Assembly (NCBI RefSeq): GCF_964204645.1
Contig: NC_134028.1
Location: 21,076,345 to 21,140,344 of the forward strand
Reading direction: 5' to 3'
Source: Tubulanus polymorphus
Taxonomy: Eukaryota; Animalia; Nemertea
DNA length: 64,000 nt
Below are positions 1 to 12,058 of this stretch, piece after piece. The notes under the pieces are model-generated. The model saw nothing but the letters and a program-made list of their open reading frames with translations, was not told where the DNA came from and ran no database searches. Position 1 is the first letter of the stretch. Each line of letters begins with the position of its first letter. The translations under genes and the position numbers were made by a program.

Positions 1-957
1 GTCTGATGATGCAGGATGAGACGAGAAAAAACAACGAAATCAATTGGTTAGAAAAGAAAAAAAAACAACAACATCACATTCACACATCAAACTGCGCACG
101 CCGAACACAACCAAACTATTAGTTAGCTCCGTATTAATTAAAGTGTGCTGAAGCATGCCATTTGAATCCTACTGACTGCAGTTAAACAGTTGATATTCCT
201 CTGAAACACTACGCTATACATGTCTGTCTACGGGTGTGTGTGTGTAGTGTCTGTGCGAGCACACCTTCACACTGGGTCGCAACTAGCTATACTACTATAT
301 CAAACATTGCTGCTACTCCTACTAACAAAAGAGGCCGCAAGGTTCAATAATCGCTTATGAAGTAAATCCTAAAATCTTTCGCGGACGACCGAGGACTGGA
401 TTTCATTTCGCATTGTATGAATCGAAGGGCGAGGATGGTGCAGTTTCTTTTTTTACATCAGCAAATAATAATTACAATAATTATAGTACATAAACAAATG
501 TGTGCATTTATATTGAAAAAATGGCAAAGTTAGCGTTTAAACTAGAAGTATGTACTACTATAACAAGATTGATAAATATATCGAAAGTGGTGGTTATTTC
601 AGTAGAAATAGAACATGGAGTTATATGTCCATCACCAAGTTGAAATCAATGTTTTAAAAATAAGGATCTCGGCCCGTAATTATCTGTATTCATCCAATAT
701 TGAGGCGAAGGTATTGACTTCCGTTACACGTCGTCGATAAAACGATAAAAACAGGGAGGAAAATGATGGCAGCAAAAAAAAAAAAACGGTTCTACCGCGA
801 AATAAAAGTTCGTTTCGGCCGAAATCCTTAAATATTAGGAGGGTAAAAGAAATTAAATAAATACCTATTTTCTAATCGAGACGATTTAATGATAGCTATT
901 AAGGAGTTAGAACACACGCTGCTGTTGACTGCGGTGTTCTCCCCCGGAGAGACATAC

Positions 958-3900
958 CTTATTATAAGCGTAGGGCGTAGAGCTAGGTCTTTTATGGAAG
1001 TCTCTAGCGCTACTCCAAGAGACGGTATTGTCCTGAGTGAATGCATCATCCTCACCCCACATTGTTATTTCATCATTCCACGCACCCGGGGACGATTCAG
1101 GCTGCAACAATGTAAAAACACTGTCGTCAGTCAAAAAAAAAAAAAAAACGATCCGCTAAAGAGAACCCAGTCTATCCATCTAACCCGCCGCCCCGTACCC
1201 GCTTACGACTAGTCGCGACGATACCGGTGAGAAACGTCCATGAAAAATAACAGTTTTTATATCGCAGGTACGAATCGCACTCGATTTTACTATCGCCGCT
1301 CACAACAATAACATTGACGGATGATGCAAGCACTACTTATTCATAAAACTACACATATTAAAAAAAACGATAGATATGTATAATAAGTAATAAACCATGC
1401 CGGAATAATGATGACTAAATAGTTAGATATAAGTTCGATTATTGATAATTGTTCATATAGATGCTACATCCACTTAAATAAACACCAAACTGCGGGGAGG
1501 GGCGCTGGTTTAACAGGCAAGTATCTTTCCATCACGTACAACATAACAGCTGCATTCAATAGTGGTCTAACGATCTTATGACCGAGATCTCAAAATCCGA
1601 GATCCGCTGAAGAATTAAGAACGAAGATGGTTTTCGACTGGACTTAAATGTGAAGTAATGACTGAGTCACTGACCGGATAGTTAAAGCTTTTGTACTGTT
1701 CAATAAAACAATGTTCTACTATCATTCGCACCACGATATTCGCTCGATCAACAGTAGAAACTCTCTCCAAACCCTTACCCCATAACAGACGTACTGTCAA
1801 CCCCCGACACACCACCACCACCCCTGCCTACCGCCAGGTTTTCTCCATGTCCATCTCTACACAAATACCTAGTATAACAACCCCCCAATAAACCGCTCTC
1901 CATACCGCCAAAATCATTCTGCACCGACGATATTTTCATAGAAGCGTCATTGATAAAAGCTTAAATGTAAGGTAACAGAACCGAAGCTGTGATATAGGTT
2001 GGCCGATAGTGCGTGCATACAGCACCCTCTATCTAAAAATCTATGGGAACCGAAATAGAACGGCATGTTCGCAACCATCACAATCATGCATTTCACTAGG
2101 TAACGTGCGCTTGCTTCATTCAACCACACTTCAAAAACTTATTCATGGATTATAAAACCATCGTTTCAAGAGGTTTAAACGAACGACAGGCACTCAGACC
2201 TAGATTCTGCAGTAACATTATCTGAGACTTATCAAATTTCAGGAAAAATAAACTCACAAGCAGAAAATAAAGAATAAGAAATCGATAGAGAGAGAAAAAG
2301 AGAGAGAGAGAGAAAGAGGGAGGGAGAAAGATACATGAGTGAAATGATACCTTATTCCAGTCATCTATAGGCGTGCCCCAACCGCCAGACGTTGAGGGTG
2401 TCTTAGGCTTAGCACCAGAAGGATTCCATTGACCTCCCCAGCCACCTGTCTGCTGCTGAAAGGTAAAACAAGACCATCCAACCACTTATATTCACCACTA
2501 CTCAAGTTCGAACAGTGCCGGTGTTCGTTTGTTAGTTATAATCACCGATTGCCACATTCATACTCATCAGTCCCTCAGCGTGAAGCCCATTTATACAACG
2601 TACACCAGGCCGCATTTTTTGTAACATGCTTCTAGTTGTAATCTAAAACGTGACTTCAGGTGTTACTGTATTCCACGCAGTCAATCCCCGATAATGCCAC
2701 TCCCGCCTACGGCCAGGTTTTCTCAATGTACATTTCTATACAAATACATCTTAACACACCCCATGATATACCGCCATTGTCTCTATACCGCCAAAATCGT
2801 TCTGCACCGATGTGGCCGGTAAATCAGGGTTCACTGTATATCTAACAGGCTATTGACTTAATATGCAGTCAGCTTCATAAACAACGACCCATTAGGCAAG
2901 GTTCAATGTCTCTATATTCCCGATATATTTATCAAAATTTACCGAATTCAGTGGATAACCGAATTGACCGGTAGTTCGACTGCGAGTATAATGCTCGGTG
3001 GCTGAAGGTGATATATGAAAGCCGAGTGATTAAAAACAAAACACCGACACTGTTCATATCAAACTATACTGAACTATATAATACATACAGTGAACACAGG
3101 CCATTCGTGAGAATTCAGTGTTTACATTATCAAGAAAATGACAAGTCGCTTTGAAAAATAAGAGGGTCCCATAAGAAGGTGAGGCCAAAGACCTACATCC
3201 CATGTTGAATAATAGAAGGAAATATACATAAATCAATTATAATAAATCAATTTTCCTTGAAAGGAGGGGAAATAGTTGAATTGATAATGAATCGGCTGAA
3301 TCTTGAGTACACGTACGTCACGAATGGCCCCTGCTATCATCGAAGGAAATATACTGTTACGGTAGACTCGACTCAAGCTACATTGATCCGTTAACATGTC
3401 CGTCGAAATTTCTGTCCCGTAGACGAATCGAACGACGCCCAATCACGTCGATATCGCTCTCTAACGCTTGAAGAGATCAGACCCGGGTAGAGCCTACTGT
3501 AACTACCGGTTTGAATAGTGCGAGAGAACGAGAGAGATGAAACATGCATACTACTTGAATCACCATAAATAATAACACACAATGTATCATAATCATTTAA
3601 ATCAGCGTGCTGATCTAAGAATCTACGTTGTCTTATAAACTTTTGAATCAATCAGTGGTGGGTCCAGAGAGGTGCACCAAACCCCTTTAATCGGCACAAT
3701 CTTGGAATTGTTTAGAAAATGGTGAAATTGTGGACACATTTCATTACTAATTCCAACCAGGAAAGTGCTCAGAATGCCTCTAATTTTCAAAGTTTTCTGG
3801 GGGAGCACACCCAGACCCCACCCCATTATGAAAGTACTGACCCAAGTAAGAAGTGCCATCCCCTTGTCCGAAAAGCTAGATTCACCCCTGCAAATTGTCG

Positions 3901-6562
3901 CATTTTTGTACCAAAGGGTCTTTTAGAAAATTGAATAGGGTTTGATGATGATAAGACTGTTGTTGTAAAATGAACTTCTTCAACATATATATGAACATCA
4001 AAGATACAACAATAATAAAGAAAGTATCATTTACCTGCTGACTAGAAGGAGGTCCGCCCCACATATTATCATCTCTGTTAACTGAATCTGCCCAGCCACC
4101 AGAGTCGCACTTCATGGACGGTTGTTTACTATCCCAGCAATCATCGGGTTTACGCGGAGTTGGAGTGAGAGGAGTGTTCGGAGCACTGCCTCCGGAAGAG
4201 TTCCAACCCTGAGGGGGTTTCACCGACGAGCTCGTCGGATTACCCCAGAAAGCCGTGCCGTCGTCGACGGGAGTATTCGCTTTACCGACCGACGGGTCGT
4301 CTCCCCAGCCAGACGGTTTTACCACCACCTTATCCACGTCGGGGCCGCCCCAACCCATCGGTTTCACCGACGGAGAATCGCCCCATCCTCCTCCTCCACC
4401 ACGCTGCGTCGCACCATTATTGCCATTATTTCCCCAGCTGCCAGTAGAACTAGTTTCACTCCATTGTCGTTGAGGTTGAGGGCGATGAGGAGGTTGCTCG
4501 CCCCAGCCTTGAGGTTTGTTTTGCGGCGGCGGCGGCGGATTCTCGTTCCAGCCGCCGGGCCGGACGGGAGCCCCAGTCGGTTCGCCCCAGACGGCCGTTC
4601 CTTTCTGGTTGGGATCCCACTGGTTATTATCGGGTCTGTCGCCGCTCCACGACGAGTTCACCTGAGACGCAGCCGCTCTTCCCGTGTCCCAGTTTCCCGG
4701 CGCCGGACCGCCGCGCTGTTCTCCCCATGCCGAGGACCCGTCCCATTGATTACCAGGGTTTGGTTTCGGTTGAATCTGCTGCTGTTGCGGCGGCGGCGGT
4801 TGTTGATCGCCCCACGACCCGGAATTGCGGCCGTTATCGCCCCACGAGCCGGAGCCGCGGTTAGAAACACCGCCGTCCCATCCGGATGTAGATCCTCTTT
4901 GCGGAGCGCCCCATGAGGCCGCATTCGAATTTTGGCTAGCACTGTTTTGATAAACATTACCGGGAGTGCTTCCCCAGTTATTGGAATTTTTCTCCTGCGA
5001 CGGCCCGTTCCATGTATTATTAACGGGAGGTCCGTTCCATGTATTGGAATCGGTATTGCTATCACCGGCATTGCCCGCGCCACCAAAACCTCCCTGAACG
5101 GAACCTCTGGAATCTGTATTCCAGTTGCCACCGCCACCACCGCTGCTGCCTTGTGACTGTTGGCTTTGTTTCTGGGCTTGCGCTTGTTGTTTCGAGCTTT
5201 CCCAAATCGCCGTGCCGTTGTTGACCGGTTGATTCCAGACGTTCGAGTTTTTCGCCTCAAGCTCGCGTCGCTTTGTCGTCGGCGAAACCTCGCAGTCCCA
5301 CGAGCCGTCCTGACGGATCGGCTTCGCACCCCAGCCTCCGTTCTGGTTGATCACGCGGTTGATCTCTTCCTCGTGGGGATTCGGAGCCGGCGGAGCAGCA
5401 GTATTCTGATTACCCGAATTCGATGACAAATTGAGGCCTTTGCCCGCTGCTTGCGCCCAGGATGTCGGTCGATTGGCAGGATTAGTAGACGGAGTAGTTG
5501 AACTACCCCATGTTGTGGTTGTAGAAGATACCGACTGCCCGGACTGGGAGGGCATGTGACCCCAACCACCCGAGGCAGCGGCCGGTGGTTGACTACTGAC
5601 GTTATTATTACTATTATTATGAGTAGCGCTGGATGCTGCAGTGCTGGAAGCGACTGGTTGTCCCCAAGCACTACTACCGGTCATGGTCGAGGTAGGGCCC
5701 GGACTCGGATTACCCCAGCTGCTACCGCTGGATGCCGATGATTGTTTGACTGCACCGGGGTCGCCCCAGGCTGAACTGGCGCCCCATTGGTCGACGCCGT
5801 TGGAATTATTATCGGGAGCGTTCTCCGATTCCGATTTATCTGATATGTTCCACGATGTATTCTGATTCACTTGCGGAGACGCGGCTCCTTTCTTCACAAC
5901 TCCCGTACCCAAGTTAAGTCCCTGCCAGAGTGCGGAGTTACCACCGCCGGCACCGGCGTGGTTCTTATCGCTATCCTGATGAGCACCTGTGGAATCTAGG
6001 TCGTTGCCGCCTCCGTTCGTTAAACTACCCCAGCCCTGCACGAGACTCGAGGTCAACGGGTTCATATCACTGCCCGAAGTTACGTTTCCTTGGTAACTTT
6101 GCATATTGAGTCCTTGGTTATTATAATGATTATTATCAATAGTAACACTGTTAGTTAACACAGCAGAAGTTGTCGGGTTGGTTGTCCAACCCGAGGAATT
6201 GGCTGAAGCTATAGGTGCGGTTGATCCCCAAGGGGAGTTAGTGTCCATCGTATGTTTAGCGCCCCGGATATTGGAAGCACTATGACCAGAATGTACTACG
6301 GCACTTGTTCCCCGTCCTGAATGGCTTGAGCTTAATATCACAGATTTTACTGATGAATTACTATCATCATCACCTAAGTCCGAGACGGTTGGCTCTGATT
6401 GGTTAATATCACCGATAGAAGGCCACGCCTCTTTGTCTTTAGTATCGACAATGATTAAATTGTTGGTTGATCGTGCACAGTTTAAAACACCACCCGGTGG
6501 ACTCGCCCACGTTCCGATGTTCTGGTCACTTTTCGTTTGTTGGTGGGATGGATTGGCAGACT
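958..6562 (-). CDS. TNRC6: GW182/TNRC6 family protein, N-terminal GW/WG-rich Argonaute-binding region; exons 6562-4035, 2455-2351, 1101-958; gene continues left of the window
   Basis: A 2528-nt open exon (ttttcAG acceptor 6563-6564, cag|GTaa donor 4033-4034) with dozens of GW/WG/SW/NW motifs, the TNRC6-type motif LIIVDTKDKEAWPSIG and Ago-hook-like NNGTAIW and VDDGTAFWG. Two further phase-0 exons (QQTGGWGGQW..., PESSPGAWND...) splice in frame. A pyrimidine tract plus AG at positions 3-4 suggests the next exon starts at position 2. Confidence 0.93.
2678..2836. mobile_element. Tc1/mariner-pogo-like MITE; related partial copy at about 1794-1929
   Basis: CAGTCAATCCCCGAT...ATCAGGGTTCACTG|TA termini; internal ccaggttttctc...ataccgccaaaatc.ttctgcaccga is shared with 1820-1929. 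Confidence 0.6.
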
Positions 6563-8378
6563 CTGAAAATATATCAAAAAAATGAACGTTTCAAAAAGCT
6601 GCGACGTCATAAACCAGCCGGAATGGAGTTAGGGTTAGAGGTTGAATTACACACCAAACAATTCTCTATAAAACATTTGTATAATTATTCATTATCAGGA
6701 CAAAAATCACTCAATTTTGATTACGGCAAAACCTTATTCTATTAACGGAGCTATTAATTGTTGTCTTTGTTATTCATCAAAGTTGTTACTTGGAGAAATT
6801 TACGCGCAGGAAGTGTTCATTTATTCGTCAACTTCGACATGAAATACAAGACGTAATCATCGCACAGTGATCTACGTGACGCAGCGACACCGGGCTAAAA
6901 ACATGCAGCAACTAAAAACATCAACAATATTTTTTCATTTCATCCGCCATGAAAAACTTGTTAATTTTTTAGATCGAAACTACCTCTCATGAACCGGGCG
7001 ACAAGAAACCGCAGCCTGGAACCACTCGATCCCCTTCACACAGTCACAAATTTCATCAGTTTCAATGTTCAGTTTTTATTGATGGAAGTGTGTGGTTATA
7101 AAATGTCTCAACTAGTCGCATCGTCAGGGCGTTAGTGAAGGAATTATTAAGTTAATTCTCAAATATCTATTATCCTAAACGCTCACCGACACGTGAAGCC
7201 TAGATGACCAAATATAGTAGACTTTGAATCGGTCGATCACGATACGCGTGTCAAGCCAATAAGTGTAAAATCCCACAATAATAGAATGAATGACTAAAAC
7301 GTTCATTCGAAATATAGAAATATTTCGGGCCGTTTTACCACCTTTCAAGTCGTTTCAACTGCCATTCTTCAGTCTAAAATCATTTTTTAATCATTCATTC
7401 TATTGTTGCAGGATTTTTGCAATATTCGAAATAATTATGCAACACTTTACGAATTGGATGTTACTCAAGTCGGACACATTGATACTGTCACAAATGATCC
7501 GAATTGAACAGAGTCTACTGTATACACCAACGAAGAAACCGGTGTGAAGGGGTCAGTCGGAGGCTACAGATTACCACCGGCTTGTCGTAGAGCTTTTGAT
7601 ACGCAATTATACGGTCGACCTTTAAACGGAAAGTTCGACAAATGCGAAACATCGATATAATGCCGATTAAAAACTAATCGAAAATCTCTTTATTTCTCAA
7701 TAATAAAAGGAAGACGATAAAGCATTTGAGAAGTTAAAAAGCTCCTTTAAATATATCTATATATTGTATAGACTCTGCGATAACAACTGGTTTTTATGAT
7801 TCGTTATAAAAGGTTAGATCGAAGCGGTCAAGCGAAAACAGTGACTTACATAAGTATTTAAAATAAACCGACACCATTATTTTGAGATATAAATGTTTAG
7901 TTCAACTAATCGCATCGAAAGTGTCGCCCAAATGAATATCTGAGCGAGGCGGCGGCAGCAGCAGCAACAGCAGCAGTAATGACCAACACTCTCATCCCTC
8001 CCAACAACAGTATTCATAACTAGGGACAAATTTCAAGGAGTGTATGCATCATTTCCATATCCCAGTAACTGTACTCCTAAATCAAGGACCGATTATCTCG
8101 ATAAACCATTTCATTTGGTGGAATCAGTGCGTATAATAACCGGGTTTAAAACCTGAACATTTTTTCGAATTGCCAATTTCTCAAAAATTCAAGGACTTTG
8201 CAAGCACTTTCGGGCATTTCACACGAATTCAAGGTTATTTAAGGACTAGTAGGGGCCCGGAGTAAGGGGGGTCGGTTAGAGGGAGAATTGAGAGTGCTGA
8301 TTATGTAGTAGTAGTAGTAGTAATAGTAGTAGCAGTGTCAGTCAGTATTTGACATATAGGTGGAGCCAGCGTTCGTAC

Positions 8379-11212
8379 CTTTCTGCATTTTATCGGTAGT
8401 TCGTAGACTGTCGTGATCGATGGATCCAGCAGGGACTGAGAGCATGTCGGACTCACGTCGGTTCCCCTCGCTGAATACCGCCGCAGTACAACCCTGCAAT
8501 AACAGGGGGGCCGTAATACAATACATAATCCGACTTGACGGGAAGGAGGGGGCAACACCCGCACGACAATTAGTAGAACCATTACGATAACGGGGTGACC
8601 ACTTATACCTCCTCGAACAATAACCACACTAAAACATGGTTAACGGATGATAAGATAGAATCCAACTATGCACAAATTAGAAGAATTTTAAAATCTCAAC
8701 CTAGAGATCATCGATGATCTCTAGCGTGAAATCGAAACATCGTCTTTTAGATTTTTTGAATAAATAAATTCTCGATTTTTTGATTTGCGCATAGTGGGTT
8801 TTCAAGGTCAGTGGTCACCCCAATGCGTTCCTTACTTCCGCCCAATGCGTTCCTTACTTCCATGAATCAATCTCACTATATATAATCTACAGCACTAAGA
8901 ACATCACTGTTCCAACGTACGAATACTATCATTGCCACAGTCACCAGGGGTTGGTACAATTTCGACGATTTTTTCCAACGAAACAACGAGTGTACGTTCA
9001 GAATCACATACCACCATCCAACTCGGACATCGCTTTCAAGTCGGACACATTATCTCCGACAGTTTTAAATTGAAACCGCGGGAGTCAACTGATTTTTTCT
9101 TTCTTCATAGCAACGATTAAGTACAATTTCGTCTAAAGAGGCCTAAAATAATAGCTCTCATGCAATGCCGCATCATTGGATGATGACAGCGACTAAACAT
9201 ATAAATATTCAATCTATAGACATTGAAAGGAATTGTGATTTTTGTCCTGATTACCGGGGCCGGAGTTGAAAAGGGTACATTTAACTATTCGTGACTTCGT
9301 GAAAAGAAAGGTCTTACTTTGTCTTGACCTGCTGAATCAATGACCTCGAAATTCTTGTTGACTCTGAAATTAAAATAGATACGAAACCAATTAACAATCT
9401 ATCACAGATCCGCTGTACAAGAACTTAGTTAAAACTACTTTTGAAAGATGGCAGCACTGTGAACTCGTGATGGTATCTTAAGACTACCACAACGGTGGGA
9501 AACGCTGCCCTAATGGACCACCCGGCGAACAGCATAGTCGTTGTGATATAATTACAATTTATCTGCTGAATGAAGTTAATAAGATTTAAATAAAACTTAC
9601 ATGTCTTCAACAGATGATAAGTATTTTCGTTCTTTATTCTTACGTTCTGCCTGAAAAAAGCAAACATACAACATTGACGTATTTCTTAGATTCTGAAGTC
9701 AGTGAAACATTTTCAGTAGTCCTACCACTGACTGATATAAAGGCACCATTTACTTGAGTTAGATTTTGGGATTTCCAGCAATAGTTAGATTCAACTATTT
9801 TCCGGGATTGTTAACAGTTTAGATTCTAGCATTTTCTGGGGGTTGTTAACAGTAAGATTCTACCATTTCCCGGGAATGTTTACAGAATGATATCTATCAC
9901 AATATATTTACCTTTCCCCGCCTCTTCTGTTCAGCGGCTTTTTGTTTCTTTGTCTTTGGCTGAAAAACAACAAAACTCCTTTATCGATTGCAGCGAGCGA
10001 TGATTAAGATTTAAGACCAGTTGAAACTGCACTCGGTCAAACTGAGACTGACTGAAGATTGACTACCGTCGGCGACGTTACCTTAGACACAGGTAGGTAG
10101 CAAGATTTGATCGATTTAATTTCCGCGGTCTTAGAATCGCCCAGTTTAATAGTAGTAGATTCTTTATCCTCCGATGTCTCACACTAAAGAGCAAAAAAAA
10201 AAGTTAATACATTAAAGGACGATCAAGTCATTTAACGATAGGTATTTCCAGTCCGTTTAAAATGTGCGAGGTTAGGATTCAGGTAACGAGTACAGTCGAC
10301 AGCGCTTGCCTCGTATCTCGTAGGACCAATTAATTCTCTCCGAGGTAGAATTCCCGGGCAGTCGGGATGACTCGTTATCACGAGAATTGGAGTAAAGAAA
10401 ATATGTAATGTCAGGCAGGGCATATGATAACGAGAGGCAATAGACTGTGTGTATGCCAGAGTAAATGGACAAGGGATTAGGACTAGTTTAACCCTTTCCG
10501 TGCGTCGACACCGCAGTGCGGTGTATAAATCGGTGATGGATTTTGCTAGTACACCGCACTGCGGTGTATTGATGTTATTAGTAATTTGTTTTTATCTCTA
10601 TTGAAAGATGGCAGCACCTGTCACACATAGTGAAATATTAGTAACTAACGAACTATAGTGGTATTCCCGTTATTCAAAACAGTTGAGTGGAATTTTTCAA
10701 AATTTTCAAATTATCTCCAGCACTAGGCCTATAGGGTATTGATTAGTCAGCACTGAAAGGGTTAAGCCAATTTTGACGTGTCCTTATTTCTCGCATAATC
10801 TATCGCTACGATGACTGTTGTTTATTTTCATACTGTTTCGTATCATATTGTATAATTACAGAATCTTTGTATCGATCTATTATGCAAAATAAACGATAAC
10901 TTTAACTCCACGGTAAACTGAGTCCGGGGGCACGTAGCAATCCGAGTACAGAGCAGTGATAATCAGAGACAATAGACTTCTGGGGCACGTAATTATCAGA
11001 GGCAACTGACTCCAAGATATAGAATCTATTGTTCGGTCATAAATCGAGAGGTTTGACTATATAAGGGTTAACATATCACATGCCCTGTGTGGCGCTTAGC
11101 GGGTTTAAAAAAAAATAAATAAAAAAAATATATAACAGTCACATACCGTCACAGATGAATGCGTTTCTCCTGTGTCATTCTCATCATCATCTTCTATGTA
11201 CATGTCATCGAC
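8379..11212 (-). CDS. TNRC6: TNRC6 upstream small coding exons: 11212-11147, 10183-10082, 9959-9912, 9650-9601, 9363-9318, 8493-8457 (alternative donor 8379)
   Basis: Each exon has a pyrimidine-tract AG acceptor and a GT donor. Phases chain 0-0-0-2-0-1 into the phase-1 exon at 6562 with no stops: VDDMYIEDDD...SSVT / CETSEDK...PVSK / PKTKKQKAAEQKRRGK / AERKNKERKYLSSVED / IVNKNFEVIDSAGQDK / GCTAAVFSEGNR. The Lys-rich KKQKAAEQK resembles the vertebrate TNRC6 N-terminus. The start codon is uncertain. Confidence 0.72.
9758..9895. repeat. ~37-bp degenerate tandem repeat in a TNRC6 intron
   Basis: gttagattc(t/a)a...tttccgggattgttaacag units, about 4 copies. Confidence 0.65.
10492..10761. mobile_element. 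piggyBac-like MITE, copy A
   Basis: TTAA|CCCTTTCCGTGC...GCACTGAAAGGG|TTAA; internal palindrome ACACCGCAGTGCGGTGT; homologous to the copies at 36808 and 60015. Confidence 0.85.
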
Positions 11213-11867
11213 CTGAGCATGAACACCTTTAAAACAACCACAACATCGTTCAAAATCGAATTCCCGAGGGACCAGCAATTCGAGGAACCGGCAGAACACC
11301 GTCGGATATCGTCACCGAGATATCCGACGAACCCTGTCGAAATTAGCTTGTTTTCAAGTAACTCTGATCTCAGCGTTCGGTCTTCCAATCCGTAAATTAT
11401 GCAAATCACACATCGAAATAACCTCTTGATTAGTTCTTTAGAATGCATATGTTTCATATACATCATGCACAGAATTTTGAGAAATTATTCAAAATGAGTT
11501 TAAGAAGAAATCCAGCGTCGACGCCAAACTGAACAATAGCGAAACAACGGATAATGATGGAATTTCGCTTGCCACAGTAGCCATGTCAGTCAGTACCCCA
11601 TTGCTCTCATTTTCAGTTTTTTAACGGAAATCAGCGAAATTTGGGATGAAATCATTAGCCAATTTAATCGCTTAAAATCAATAGTGGACTCCTCACTACT
11701 AAGGTAGTACTGCTGTTATCAGTGTATTAAAATCATATCAAAATTTACTTTGAAAAACTTCTGATCGTTTAACTACTCAGAGAACTATTTGCAGTCCCAA
11801 TGAAACTGAGAAAGTCGGAGGTTAATATATTTAATTTGTAACAATTTATCTAAAAAAAAAATCTTAC

Positions 11868-12058
11868 CTACATGAATGTTTGTGGGAAATGCATAAAGGC
11901 TGAGATCTGAATAAGATGAAAAAAGAACATTCGTTAAAATTCATTGCAACACATCGCGACACATTTCAGACAGCGCAGCATTTTAAACACAAAACAAAAA
12001 TCGGCATTTTCAGACTTACCTCAGTTACTGAATAGCACATCTTAAAAAATTATAAAAT
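11868..12058 (-). other. Two 39-nt mini-exons 5' of the TNRC6 coding chain (12058-12020 and 11906-11868)
   Basis: ttttcttttcAG...gag|GTAAGT and cttattcAG...tag|GTAAGA are strong splice sites on the TNRC6 strand. The first exon contains ATG (MCYSVTE). Confidence 0.55.

Noticed and set aside
2994-3030. Hammerhead-ribozyme-like CTGAAGG...GAAA inside a CTCGGT/GCCGAG stem
   Set aside because: No stem I, no stem II and no NUH cleavage triplet in the required position.
4122-5865. Long antisense and alternate-frame ORFs (for example 4122-4916 +, 4658-5329 -)
   Set aside because: Shadow frames of the GC-rich, low-complexity GW182 exon.
7948-7980. (CAG)n/(CGG)n run as a poly-Q or poly-A coding exon
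   Set aside because: No flanking splice sites or ORF; a simple intronic repeat, with a similar run at about 33678-33693.
8609-8628. 20-nt micro-exon candidate (tttAG...gag|GTATAA) on the TNRC6 strand
   Set aside because: Weak donor and frame-breaking; the exon chain is already in phase without it.
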